A stretch of 64,000 bases of DNA from Utricularia gibba (lineage: Eukaryota; Plantae; Magnoliophyta). Of this stretch, positions 49,552 through 63,100 are shown one piece after another. Each line of letters begins with the position of its first letter. Within the stretch, counting starts at the first letter, position 1. The DNA lies in the NCBI GenBank assembly GCA_002189035.1, contig NEEC01000002.1, positions 4,464,001-4,528,000 on the forward strand, written 5' to 3'. The notes beneath the pieces were generated by a model that made no database searches, was not told where the DNA came from, and saw only the letters and a list, made by a program, of their open reading frames with translations. Both the position numbers and the translations under genes were made by a program.

Positions 49552-52500
49552 CAACGAAGTACCACGCGATGGTGCGGCCTTGAGGAGAGATTCATTGTTG
49601 GCGTTTTTTGCACAATATGTCTTATGCCAATAAGTTATAGACGAACTTGGGAGGCCGACGCGCAGAACAACAGCCCTTGGGAGTTGTAGTGTCTACCTCC
49701 CCTCATATTTCCATGGGTTTCCTAGTGGATTGGGTGCAACATTCAAAGAGCACGTTGCCTAGATTGGTTTCCGAAAACAATTTGACTATAATAGCTCACG
49801 TACACGCATTCAAGCGAACAAATCAACACTGAAATGGCCGAAATAGTGCTCCCCCCTTTATGGCATGAACCACAGCGCTCTTCGTACATCAACCCGTTGG
49901 ATTTAACGTGGAATCATTGTGCAGCCTAACAGAATAGTCTACATATGCATAAGAGTCTTCTCGATGTTGTTTTGTGGCTATTGGAGGTGGTCCTCATTGC
50001 TAGTTGCGCGAAGTTTTAGGTTTTGCTTAAGAATAGGGAGGGAACACATAACCGCATGTAGACCCTATTCCATATGCATAGATTGAGCTTTGGAGTGTCA
50101 TTTTGGGGATGTTGTCATTCCTACTCAGGAAGAGGGGATGGACCTTGTTCCTGTATAGGGACATTCATGACACTGAGCAAACATCTCAATAGAGGGCATA
50201 CAAACTCACCTGAGTCGACCAAGGTGATTTGAAACACAACATCCTTGACGTTTTGCAGTTAGTGAAGGTTCTTTAAATCGAGAAGGAGATATGGCCCCTG
50301 GAATGCTGATGTGAACGTGTATTGGGTTTCTCGTTGACATCGTATGTCTCAAAAGCAGCGAAATTTTATAAATTTTGAGAAACCTCAATCGCACATCTTG
50401 GAATACGGTATACATCAGACGAAGGGATGCTCAAAATACCTTTCAGATGACTCCGTTGTTCACCAACCGTCAATAGCAAACGGCCTCTATAGTATTCACA
50501 CGTGGAGCACTTCGTCGATAACGTTCTGGAGGCTCTTGAATGCTGGTCGAATTTCTCAGGTGCTAGTAAAGAAAAACGCCTTCTTATGGATCAGTCTTTG
50601 AGAGCACAAAGACCTTTGGAGTAGATCTCAAGATCTAAATCTTTTTCGATAGACATTTTGTGACATATAAACCACATCTATATGAGATCTTTTATTTTGA
50701 GTTTAATCAATATTAATCTCAAAATAGCTCTCTATTTAATTTATCCACTTTACCAATTACATCTCATTTAAATGTATCATTCTATTTTATATCGATGAGT
50801 GACTCCACTATTGTGTGTGACCCTATAGGTTTCTTCAATCAAGGCCGTAATAATGGATGTATTAATTAACTCTTAATTAATCAAATCCATCATTATCGAT
50901 CATGAGTGATGTCTAGCAACATATCATGATCCCCAAGATTAAAGAATAATCAGGTGAATTGATTGAGCCTTTCCATGACCAGCCACCATGCAATCAACAG
51001 CTTTTATCGGTACCAGAACATGGGTTTGTGTCTTTCTGATGTATCGAACTTATAAATGTATTCAAGCACTAACACTTAATGACCTACTCAAACAATTTGA
51101 GTGTCATTACCCTAGGCCCAGAACTTACTATTAGGCTTTGATGCAATTACGTGAGATTAATCTCATAGCTAACATGAGTGATAATCCTTTATTGATCAAT
51201 CAACTATCTCCAACCTTAAGAAGTCACATCCCTACTCATCCATACTAGGCAAGCCATGGTTAGGCTCCCATTAGTAATGAGCGAAAATGTGAGCTTAAGA
51301 TCAAGATAACTTTGTTGACCTCAAGTCTAAGCTTACTTGCACGGCTGTCATATTTGAGATCTTGCTACTGACACTTGGTTAGCTTCCCATAGTAGCATCT
51401 CGAAGATGAGTCATCCAGTGAATCGATTCTCTAATCGACACCCACACATAGGTTCTAGTAATCTGATTATATCAATTGTGAGAACCATTGCCTAAACAGT
51501 TTAGGGTACTCAATGTGTGCCACCTTATCCGTATTTGTGATATCCTCATTTCACAAACACTCTAGCCAGGGAGTTTTTAACTTGAACATAAATGCTTGAA
51601 GAATCTCACATTATGATCTCATCATAATTTCTATAGCATATAGATCAAGTAGAGGATTTTATCAATGATATGAATTTGATTACAATTCAAAGTAAATATC
51701 AAAAGATAAGATTTTCCAATGAGTTGATTGTCTCTAGAACACATACACTAACAACGTGCAATCTGCATACCAAGAGAGACCATTGAGAATATTTAGGACG
51801 TTGGAGAGGAGGTTGCAAAAGATGACCATCCCAATGGTAAACGTGCGATTGGAAGGGGTAAGGCTCATGGAAACTCGAAGGAGAAACTCTGCTCACTAGT
51901 CCCAACATTCCCAGAGAGTTTCTTGTTAATCCACCTAGCAATTTTGTTGCATGAATGCAATATGCACATATTTACCCACATTAAAGATGGTGAAAGGCGT
52001 GGGGGCAACTTATGCTGCGAATCCATTCGTCTACGACAATAATACAACTACAGGCACATCAACAGAATGTGAAAACAACAACAGAAGCAAGGGAACACAC
52101 CCATGACATTGACAAGAAGGGTGGCATGTGTCATTAATAGGCTAGCCCAAATGTCGACTTTCGAACGAGGTGCACATAGGGTGCAAGGATGTACCGAATA
52201 TGAAGACATGGTTGCACTTTGAGACATAATGCTGAAAGGCAATCATCGAAAAGGCACAAAATGGAACATTTATCAGTTTCCACAACACAACAACACTGTT
52301 TCAGTTTCAAGGAGGTGGTGTCGTGTTGGATGGAAGCAAGGGAGAAATTGTAGCAAGACGCTTCGTGCGGTATGAGAAACGGAAGGTCCTCCTCTTTTTG
52401 CAAAAGATGCGTGGTTTCGTGTCATAGTTTTTACCAAAAGAATGATTCGTTGGTTTCTAACGAGGAGTGTCATCTCAGGAAAGCAATGTTTCTTGTGGTT

Positions 52501-55500
52501 CATAATAAACCTATCAGGGTATGCCGTATTGCACTCATAATAGTATTCACTTTTGTTCTTCTTCAATTCCAAATAGAATTCGCCCCCTTGACATGCTCAC
52601 AACTCTTTCCAAGGAGCTTTCCACATAAATAATACTTGAACCTGTCAGTATGAAACTAGTGATGCTAAATTGACATCCACAAAGGATCGAAGTTTACTTC
52701 TTCTGTGAATCAAACCCGCACTCTTGCAAACCCACTGTCCGTACTCATACCCTTAGAACAAGAGACACGGATCATTGCCGCCACGCCCCAATGGGGCAAC
52801 AAAACTTGTCCTCCTCCCTCGGGTAACACGCATTAAGAGAAGATGAGCAAGGTTTTCCCAAGAACGGTAACAAAGCTTCTGCAGACGGGCACGAGATATA
52901 GCACCAAGGCTATCCATGACTATACTCTTGCAAAATCTCATGCTCCCGCACGTTACAAAGCACCTCTAAAAGCGGTAGCAGCCAATCTCTAACTATGCTT
53001 GATCAACTCTTTTGCAGCAACTTCAAACACAAGCACATTGTGCTCGCTCTTGCCAAAGCTCGTTTCTCGATGCACCTATCCGTCACCACCATGCATTGAG
53101 ATCAGCATCCTGTATTGTGTGTATCACCAGCTATGACAAGAGCCACGAATTGACCATGTCTCTTTTCAGCTTGGACCGTGGCAACTATACAGCATGCTTT
53201 CTGGATGAAATGCTACCTGAAAGTCTTCAAACAAAGCGAGGTGCAGGAGTAGGGCCTACTGGCAATGTCGATTTCGAAGGGGGTTCTCTATCCATCTGAC
53301 CTGAAGAACAAGATTTTAGGAGTGGCTGACCATTCAGCGTTTCATGGGTATCTAGGGAGAAATGGAGTACCACGCGATGGTGCGGCCTGAAGGAGAGATT
53401 CATTGTTGGCGTTTTTTGAACAATATGTCTTATGCCAATGCGTTATAGTCGATCTTGGGAGGCCGACGCGCAGAACAACAGCCCTTGGGAGTTCTAGTGT
53501 CCACCTCCCCTCATATTTCCATGGGTTTCCTCGTGTTTTGGGTGCAACATTCAAAGAGCACGTTTCCTAGATTGGTTTCCCAAAAAAATCTGACTACAAT
53601 TGCTCACGTACATGCATTCAAGTGAAGCAATCCAACACTAAAATGGCCGAGATATAGTTCCCCCTTTATGGCATGAACCAAGGTGCTCTTCGTACATCAA
53701 CCCATCAGATTCATAGTGGAATCATTGTGCATCCTAACACAATAGTCTGCATATGCATTAGAGTCTTCTCGATGTTGTTTTGTGGCTCTTGGAGGTGCTC
53801 CCCGTTGCTGGTTGCGCGAAGTTGTAGGTTTTGCTTAAGAATAGGGAGGGAACACATAACCGCATGCAGACCCTATTCCATATGCATAGATTGAGCTTTG
53901 GAGTTTCATTTTGGGGATGTTGTCATTCCTACTCAGGAAGAGGGGATGGACCTTGTTCCTTGGTATATGGACACTCATCACATTGAGCAGACATCTCAAT
54001 AGAGGGCATACGAACTCACATGAGTCGACCAAGGAGATTGGAAACACAAAATCCTGGTCGTTTTGTAGTTAGTGAAGTGTCTTGGAATTGAGAAGGTGAG
54101 ATGGCCCCCGGAATGCTGATCTGGACGTGCAATCGGCATACCAACGGAGACCAATGAGAATATTAGGGATGCAGGAGAGGAGGTTGCAAAAGATGACCAT
54201 TCCAAATCGAAAAGGCACATAATGGAACATTTATGAGTTTCCACAAGACCACTGTTTGAGTTCTAAGAAGGAGGTGTCGTGTTGAATGGAAACAAGGGAG
54301 ACGTTGTAGGGAGAGGTTTAGTGTGGTATGAAAAACCGAAGGTCCTCCAAGGTTTTGCACAAGATGCATGGTTTTGTGTAGTAGTTTTCACAAAAAGAAT
54401 GATTGGTCGGTTTCTAATGACGAGTGTCATCTCAAGAAAGCAATGTTTCTTGTGGTTTACGACACACCTATCAGGGTATGCCGTATGGCAGTCGTAATAG
54501 GATTCACTTTTGTGCTCCTTCAATTCCAAATAGGATTCACGCTCTTGACATGTTCACATCTCTTTCCAAGGAGCTTTCCACATAAACGATACTTGAACCT
54601 GTCGGTATCAAACTAGTGATGCCAAATTGACATGCAAAAATGATCCAAGTTTACTTCTTCTATGCATCATACCCACACTCTTGCAAACCACTATCCATAC
54701 GCATACCCTTAGAACAAGAGACAGGATCATTCCTGATATGCCCCAATGGGGCAACATAACTTGTCCTACTCAATCGAATAACACGGAGGAAGAGAAGATG
54801 AGCTAGGTTTTTGCAAGAACGGTAACAAAGCTTCTGCAGACGAGCACGAGATAAGGCGCTCAGGCTATCTGTGACTGGACTCTTGCGGAAACTCATGCTC
54901 CCGTACGTTACAAAGCATCTCTATAAGCGGGAGCAGCCAATCTCCTACTATGCTTGATCAACTCATTTGCAGCAACTTTAAACACAAGCACATTGCGCTC
55001 GCTCTTACCGCAACTCGTTTCTCGTAGCACCAATCCATCACCTCAATGCGTTGAAATCAGCATCCTATATTGCGTGTGTATAACCAGCGATGACAAGAGC
55101 CACCAATCGACCATGTCTCTTTTCAGCTCAGACCGCGGCAATTGTACAGCATGGTTTCTAGAAGAAACGCTACCCCAAAGTCTTGAAAGGAAACGAGGTG
55201 TAGGAGTAGGGCCTCTGGGCAGCGTAAATATTGTGGTGGGTTCTGGATCAATCTCACCTGAAGAATGAGTTTTTAGAAGTGATTGACCATTCGGCGTTTC
55301 ATGGGTATCCAGGGAGCAACGAAATACCACGTGGTGGTGCGACCTCAAAGAGAGATTCATTGTTGGCATTTCTTGCACAATGTGTGTTATCCCAATGTGT
55401 TATAGCCGAGCTTGGGAGGCTGACGTGCAGAAAAACAGCCCTTTGGAGTTCCACTGTCAACATCCCCTCACATTTCTGTGGGTTTCCTAGTGGCCTTGGT

Positions 55501-56030
55501 GCAGCCTTAAAAGATCACATTTCCTAGATTGGTTTCTGTAGACAAGCTGACTAGAATGACCTACATACATGGAATCAAACATAGGGATCCAAAACAGAAA
55601 TGGCAGAGATGCAGCTCCCCCTTTATGGCATGACCCAGAGCACTGTTTGTACATGAAGCCATTGGATTCACAATGGAATCATTGTGCAGCCTAAGAAAAT
55701 AGTCTACATATGCATAGGAGTCTTCCCGATTTTTGTGGCTCTTCAATGGAATCATTGTGCAAGGTGTTATGTTAAGTTGAAGAAAAGGTAGGGAACGCAT
55801 AAACGCATGCGGAGCCGGCTCCATATGCATACATTGCTACCAAGGGAGACTCATGAGAATATTAGGAGCGAAGGAGAGGAGGTTACGAAAGATAACCATG
55901 CCAATGGTGAACGTGCGATTGGAAGATGCAGAATGAGGAGTAAGGCTCATGGAAACATGAAGGAGAAACTTTGCTACACTAGTCCCAACATTCCTAGAGA
56001 TTTTCCGATTGATCCACCTAGTGTTTTCGT
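49552..56030. repeat. Unclassified, diverged tandem array of a ~2.0-2.4 kb unit (two full copies plus a partial, internally deleted third)
   Basis: The anchor (G/A)TACCACG(C/T)G(A/G)TGGTGCG recurs at 49559, 53367 and 55324. Spacing is about 2369 bp once the solo LTR is removed, and 1957 bp. No known protein motif was recognised in the frames I translated. Confidence 0.85.
50320..51753 (-). mobile_element. Solo LTR (same family as 25129-26568), 1434 bp
   Basis: TATTGGG (TG mutated)...CACTAACA with TSD ACGTG (50315-50319, 51754-51758). The empty site is present in the next repeat unit (ACGTG at 54125-54129). Confidence 0.9.
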
Positions 56031-57294
56031 GACGTTGAGAGCCTTGGGTAATACCCAATTAAATTTGACATTGCTGGAGTATATTGATTTGATGCCTAAA
56101 AGCCTGAAGTACCCGAAGCAACTCTACATGTCTAAGCCAAAATTGAAGGAAAAAGGCAAGGTGAAGCTGAATGAGAGTTGTTCAGCCCTTTTGACTTGGA
56201 AGCTACCTGAAAAATGCAAGGACCTTGGAACATTTTTTATTCCTTGCAAAATAGGTGACTTGAACATCAGGAGAGCAATGGCTAACCTGGGAACCTCTAT
56301 AAACGTGATGTTATTTTCTGTATATGAGACTCTCAGGTTAGGACCTTTACAAGCCTCAGGAGTGCAAATTGAGTTTGCTGACCAAAGAATTATTTGTCCA
56401 AAAGGCTTTGTTGAAAATATTCTTGTGAAGATTGAGCAGCTAGTGTTCCCAGCAGACTTTTATGTGGTGAATATGTCTGCTGGAGGTTCAAAGGATACGG
56501 CCATCATCCTTGGAACACCCTTCTTGAGCACTTCCAACGACATAATTAATGTGAAGATGGGTACAATTGAGTTATCCTTTGATAAAGAAAAGATTACGCT
56601 GGACATGAAGGAAGTGAACAATTATCCCAGCAATTTTGAGAGTGTATGCTCAGTGGACATCATGGATAAATTAGTTGAAGAACCTATAGAGAGAGAAGAT
56701 GACAAAAAGGAAAATGGATATGAAGAAGGCTTTGTTGAAGAATCAAATGTTGAGGTGAAGATGAGGCATTTGGATGCTGTACAAGATGAACCAGGAGATG
56801 GATGCATGAATTTCAAGCCTTCTCTAACTCACACAAAACAGGTTTTGGTTGATGTTGAGAAGAAAAATTCCGGTGTTAGTCTTAGCTCGGAAAAAGATTC
56901 AACATTATTTGAAGGATTCATCCAAGATCCAAAGGAAATTTTGGATAATGTTGAAGGGGAGAATGTTTGTGTTAATTATTTCAGGAAAATTGATGGATCT
57001 AAAGACGCTTACATGATTGCAAAAACATGTCCCGATGAACAGTTACTTCTAGGTAAGACTATAACTTGGGAACGAGGTTCTACTGATATTTTTAATTTCA
57101 TTGTTGCAGGAATTGTACCAGTTGGAGACGAATGCAATGAAAAGAACATGTATTTCAACGATGAAAAATCTGACGTATGGGATAATCCATATTGGTGGAG
57201 GAGATGCAAAGATGGAGTATTCAAAATGTTGAACAAAACTTTTGAGAATGATGTTGCTGATGATATGATATTGAAAGATACAACAAAAACGTAG
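55807..57294 (+). CDS. Chimeric 495-codon ORF: tandem-unit N-terminus fused to an Athila protease (catalytic Asp changed to Asn), an RH-INT linker remnant and the integrase C-terminal tail
   Basis: From LRALGNTQLNLTLLEYID onward it matches the 44031-44969 protein. AMANLGTS replaces AMADLGAS. PDEQL...WDNPYWWRRCKDG matches the Athila A linker, and it ends LKDTTKT* like LRDTETT*. Expression is unknown. Confidence 0.55.
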   Translation: MRSRLHMHTLLPRETHENIRSEGEEVTKDNHANGERAIGRCRMRSKAHGNMKEKLCYTSPNIPRDFPIDPPSVFVTLRALGNTQLNLTLLEYIDLMPKSLKYPKQLYMSKPKLKEKGKVKLNESCSALLTWKLPEKCKDLGTFFIPCKIGDLNIRRAMANLGTSINVMLFSVYETLRLGPLQASGVQIEFADQRIICPKGFVENILVKIEQLVFPADFYVVNMSAGGSKDTAIILGTPFLSTSNDIINVKMGTIELSFDKEKITLDMKEVNNYPSNFESVCSVDIMDKLVEEPIEREDDKKENGYEEGFVEESNVEVKMRHLDAVQDEPGDGCMNFKPSLTHTKQVLVDVEKKNSGVSLSSEKDSTLFEGFIQDPKEILDNVEGENVCVNYFRKIDGSKDAYMIAKTCPDEQLLLGKTITWERGSTDIFNFIVAGIVPVGDECNEKNMYFNDEKSDVWDNPYWWRRCKDGVFKMLNKTFENDVADDMILKDTTKT

Positions 57295-60118
57295 CCTCAA
57301 AGAAAATCTAGTCCAGGACTGGAAACAGGGACGCTCTTGGGAGGCAACCTAAGTTTAATTTCTGTTAGTTTTATTTTCCTAACATTTTATTTTGCACTTT
57401 TAGACCAAGCTAGGAGTTATTTTGTTTTGCTGTGTTCCTGATAAGAAGATGGGGAAATCATATCGAAAAATGACCAACAAGGGCATCCCCTACTTCAAGC
57501 AACATGCAGAAATGTTCAAATCTCAAGTACCTACACTTTGATGAAGAAGAATTTACAGCTAGGTACAATGAGGTAAAAGGGGCAAGGGTGCTACCTTGTC
57601 GGGTCATAGATTTCGAAATATTGGTAGAATTGGGCATAGTTACTGGAATTCATTCAACTTTAGAGGATTATGTGCTGCTTGCTTTATGTGATTTGACCTG
57701 TCGTTCTTATGTTGAATTAATGTATGAACTTGCTTGTACCTTTTGTTATGAGAAACCAGAAACTGTGCTTGCACCATCAGCCATCACGTTTAAATTCTAG
57801 GAAAGAATTTCTCATTATCAATTGCTGAATGGAATGTAGCTTTAGGTTTTTGTACAGAACATCATGTTGAGTCCCATGAATTTGCTACCTCATTGTTTGA
57901 TTATCTTGATGATTTTGATGCTGAAGAGGTTTATGAAATTTTAACTGATCAACATGTGATAGAATTTAAATCCAAAGGGATGAAAGCTGATTTATTTACA
58001 AACCCTACTATGCGAAATGTTCACTTGGTTGTTTCTACTGTGCTGTTTGGTAGGGCCTTAGGATTCAATTCTCTGTACAAACGTAATTTGTTTGTCAAAG
58101 GTTATGCTCTGATAAAATTTCTGAGTTGGAATTCTTGCATGTAGAAACGAAATTGGCCCCTCTTGATGCTCATTTTCTTAAAACTGCTAGACTAATTCGG
58201 GCACGAGGAAGTGGATTTGTTTTTAAGTCTCTTGCAGGACTTTAAGGGGAGGCACCTCCAGTGAAAGAAAAGAGAAAAACCCCTGATCAGACAGCCATGA
58301 CCCAAAGGAATGGGAAAGTTTTCTGCTGAACTGAAAGGATTGACATGATAAATGATAGGCTTGGGAATTTGCTAAGGAAGTGAAGGAACTAAAATAGGGA
58401 GTGAAGAACTCCTCCCTAACCAAGTAACATCGCTGCATTGTCTTAGTTTTATTTTTATTTTTATTTTATTTTCTAGGGCATTAGTCTAAGTTAGGAGTAA
58501 TTTAGTAGTTCGATACTAGGATCAGGAGAATTTTGCAAGCTATTTGAGGAATTTTCATATGCACGCGTGATGCTTTTCATAAAGTACAGGATGCATGAAT
58601 TTTGTTTTAACCGTTTCTTCACCTGTGAGCATGAATTTTAACCTACTTATCTTTGTGAGGTAGCAACATGTGGGATGAATTCTGATTTGTGCAATCGAGA
58701 TTTTTTTGTGCAAGCTGACATATTTGGTTCTTTCATGGATACTGGTGGTTGAAAGGCTTATAGAGAGATGAAAAAAAAAGAGGGGGTCAGAAAAGCATCA
58801 TCATAAAAAAAGCGATGAGACCCCATGTCTTGAAAAGCAACACACAATTAAAAAGCGTGTGTAGACAACAGAGTAAAGAGAGAAGGGAGGTTACGAGAAT
58901 GACTCAGAGGAGTTCAGGAGTAGGAAACCCTCAGGAGAAATAAGGAGAGGAGTGCTTGGCCCACACTCTATATACAAAGGAGGGGAGCAAAAATTGCCTG
59001 AGTTAAGCTTGGAACTTTCCCTACTCTTGATCTCTATAAAAAATGAAAAGTGACCACTAGTATCCCATTGAAAGTCTAACTATGTCATGTTAGCTTATTT
59101 AATTTTTGAAGGCACTTATTTTGATGAAATTCACATGTATGCTTGAGTGATTACCTGTCTTGCACACTGGCTCCTGTTAGTCTTAGTTAGGACTTGAGGA
59201 CAAGTCTAGTGTTGTTGTAGCATAATGTGATAACACATATTTTTAAGTGATTGAGTGCGTGGAAAAGATTCATATTATGCTACAAAATTAAGCTTAATTG
59301 TCTGTTTCTATATTTTTGCACATAAGTACCGTAGGAGTGCACTTTTAGTCTTAGTTGGGACTAAATCACAGATTTAGTCCCAACCTTCTAACAGTTCCCT
59401 TCGAGCAATGCAGCATAGGTCGTAACACAAACCCCAAGGAGCTGAGTATGAGCAGTGTGGTAGCAGAAAAGGTGATAAAAGTCTGAAAAAGAGTACACAC
59501 AAAGTCCAAGGAGGTGAAAAATGAAGATTTTGGACAAAAAGGAAAAAAGGTGAGGAGAGAAGGTAGATCTCCCCTTGGAGACTCACGAACACAATTTCTA
59601 GGAAGGTTTTCTGGGGAGGAAGAAGAAGGAAGACAAACAGGAACGAAGCTGAAGTTCAAGATTATTTTCTTTTTTCAAAGAACATTACTCCTAGCTAAGA
59701 GTAGCTAGTGACGTTTTTCAGTTTTTTTGTTGACACTTCACATTACTTGATTGTTTGCTTTCTGGTATTTGACTGTGAAATGAGCACACTGTGGGTGATA
59801 TTTTCTTTTCCACTGTCATTTATCTTAAGCATGAGTGGCTAAGTAGTTAGGGGGGGTGCCTTGGGGTAAAAATGGGAGAAACATGTTAATCAATCTTTAG
59901 ATCTAAACAGCCATGAGTCACGCCAATTCCTTAACAAACCAGGATAGATCCAGGAGGAGGAAGTAGTAAAACCCAACTTAACAACCCTAATTAGAGGTAG
60001 ACCAAAGATTAGGGGGAAAAATAAGAATCCGAGTAGACCTAATCTTGTGAGTTAGTTGTATGATTTGTGGTGAGTTTGTTTAGTGATTAGCATACATCCC
60101 TTAGAAGTCCCAAGGCAT
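56030..60118 (+). mobile_element. Athila element B, a non-autonomous deletion derivative (no RT, RH or INT core) with an extra-ORF remnant (~57465-58400) and a 3' LTR (59228-60118) cut by copia B
   Basis: Same family as Athila A, in the opposite orientation; the LTR begins TGATAACAC at 59228. Confidence 0.88.
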
Positions 60119-63100
60119 TGTTGATGCAAGAAAAAGAGAGTCTAGGGAAGTAACAAAAAGGTAATGCTTCTGAGATCACCTTGGATGAAAAACGACTCAT
60201 GAACAATAAGAATGACCAAAACCCTCATTCACGCATTCCTAGTAGGGTTTATATATACCCAATACCTAGGTTACCCAACAGTGGGCCACAATTATTGAAA
60301 ACACACAAAAAGCCCAACAACTCGAATCCAACACTTCCATGCTCGAACTCAACACCTTTTATCTGAAATATAACATTATGACACAAGATTAGTGCTTCCA
60401 ATCACCTTCAAACTTTGGATTGAGGCTGATCTCCAACACTCCCCCCAGACCGAGATCTCCCAACTTGAGAAAGTCTTCTATAGTCATGAGATTCATGTTC
60501 TTCCTTGCTAGCTCAAACTGAACTCTATTCAAACCTTTGGTGAGCCCATCAGCAAGCTGATTCCCACTCTCAACATACTGCACTTTAATCTTCTTCTCCT
60601 TGATGTAATTCCTTATGACATGATACCTGATTCTTATGTGCTTGGCTTTGCTGAAGTTCGTTGGATCTTTGGCAATGGAGATTGCAGCTCGATTATCCAT
60701 AAGCAGATGTGTAGCTTCCTTTTGTATGAATCCAAGTTCGTTTAGCATCTGCCTCAACCAAACACAATAGTTCGAAGCATATGCTGCTGAGATGTATTCT
60801 GCTTCAGCTGTTGATTGTGCTACCACTTTTTGTTTCTTCGAAAACCAGACTACAGGACTCTTATTTAAGAAGAAGAGTGCACCAGATGTGCTCTTGCTAT
60901 CTTCAGCCATACCATAATCACTATCTGAGTAGGCTCTAAGTTTCAAGACTGGTTTTTCACCTTCATAGGGATAAACAATCCGAAATCAGTAGTAGATTTT
61001 ATGTACCTGAAAGCTCTTTTCACAGCTGCCATGTGAGTTGTTGTTGGTTTGTTGAGGAAGCGAGATAAGACATTTACACAAAAACACAAGTCAGGCCTTG
61101 TATGCTGGAGATAAATGAGGCTTCCAATCATACTTCTATAAGTAGTGGCATCCACATTCTTTCCCTGATTGTTCTCTCCAATCACTTGTTTGTAATCCAA
61201 AGGCGTTTTTGAAGGATTGACATCTTTGAACCCAAACCTTTCAAGAAGTTCATTACAGTACTTTTTCTGAGATATGAATGTTCCAACACCTTCAAGTTGA
61301 TGAATTTCCATGCCTAGATAATAGGACATCATTCCAAGGTCAGTCATCTTGAATTCATTTTTGAGAAGGGCTTTGAATTCCTCAATCTTCCTTTCATTAT
61401 CTGAGGTAATCATAAGATCATCCACATATAAGCTAATAAATAAACGATCATCTTCTTTTCCTTTAACATGTAATGAGTAATCACTATATGTTTTTCTGAA
61501 ACCAATACCCTGGAGAAAGTTATCCATGCGTTCATTCCATGCTCTAGGAGCTTGCTTCAACCCATAGAGAGATTTCTTTAGCTTCAATACCTTGTCTTCA
61601 TGACCTGACACTTCGAAGCCCTTTGGTTGTTCAACAAAAACAACCTCCTCCAACACACCATTCAAGAACGCAGTCTTGACATTCATGTGATGCACTTTCC
61701 ATCCATGAGCAGCTGAAATGGCAAGAAGTACTTTAATCGTGTCATATCTTGCTACTGGTGCAAAAATCTCATGAAAATTTATTCCTTTGATCTGACTATA
61801 TCCTTTGGCTACTAATCTAGCCTTATATTTGTTGATAGAGCCATCTGCATTCATCTTGGTTTTGAATAACCACTTGAGGCCAATAGGTTTGAAACCCCTA
61901 TCCTTGGATTTCTCAACTAATTCCCATGTTTCATTTTCAAGTATAGAATTCATTTCTTCCTTCATGGCCTCTCTCCATTTAGGATTTTGTACAGCCACTT
62001 CAAATGATGTTGGATCTCCTGTCAATAATCCAGCCAAAATATCAGCCACAGCATCTTGGACATCATCATTCAACTTGGAGAAACTTATTGTAGGAGCCTT
62101 GTTTCTTTTGCTTCTTCTAATGTCATTAACATGACTATCTTCATTATCTATTGAATCTCTGATGTTTTTGCGTTTCCTCCTTTGCCAATCACGATCAGAT
62201 GGGTAATAATCTTCATCATCAGTATCAGGTTCCTCTCCATTAGATTCATCTGTTGATGAGTCTTCTACATTCGTGCCTTGCTCTTCTTCTGAGATTTCGA
62301 AATTCCCATCTGAAGGTTGAACATTGGCCTGATGAGATCGTCCATATAGGGGTTCAGAGTTTGATTCTGAATTCTTATTGGACGAGCCATCTTGATTTGT
62401 GACCTTCTCCTCCTCTTGAGCTGGAAAATTCTCATCTGAATGCTGATCATTTACTTGATTTGAATCTTCATGAACGATTCTGAAGTTTCTTGGTTTGTTG
62501 AATTGCTGGAAGAGAAGTTTTGAGGCATGTGTGTCCAGAGGTCTCCTTTCACATGGGTGCTATGTCTTTCAAGACTTTTATGAGCTTCTGCATCATTCAG
62601 AGCAATGCAATCATCAATTAAAGTATACCTTGCACCTTCATCAAAAGTGACATCATGGCTGAGGATAAATTTCTTCTGTTGAGGTAGATAAACTTTATAT
62701 CCCTTGGTAGTGTTGCTATAACCAACAAATACACCAGATACAGATTTCTTTTCAAGTTTTCCTCGTTTTTGGTCTGGTATATGAGTAAAACACAGACTAA
62801 CAAAGATTTTGAGATGATCAACCTTTTTAATATAACCATGCCATTTTTCATGGGCGGTTTTTCCACTAATCGCCCTTGAGGGAAGCAAGTTCAACAGATA
62901 TACAGATGTAGATACCGCTTCAGCCCAGAAACTTACAGGAAGACCTTTCTCAAACAATAGGCATCTTGACATATCAAGGATTGTTCTGTTTCTCCTTTCA
63001 CATATACCATTCTGTTGTGGAGAATATGGTACGGTGAATTGATGCATGATTCCCTCATTTTCACAGAACATTCTCATGCTATTATTGTAGAATTCGCCTC

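Noticed and set aside
25129-51753. Idea that the two homologous LTRs bound a single 26-kb element that captured PLATZ
   Set aside because: Each LTR has its own matching TSD, so they are independent solo LTRs.
52250-54700. Shared TGA positions in one minus frame of the tandem unit, hinting at a UGA=Trp code (mitovirus-like)
   Set aside because: TAA and TAG also interrupt that frame, and no RdRp motifs (DLSAATD, GQPMG, GDD) were seen.
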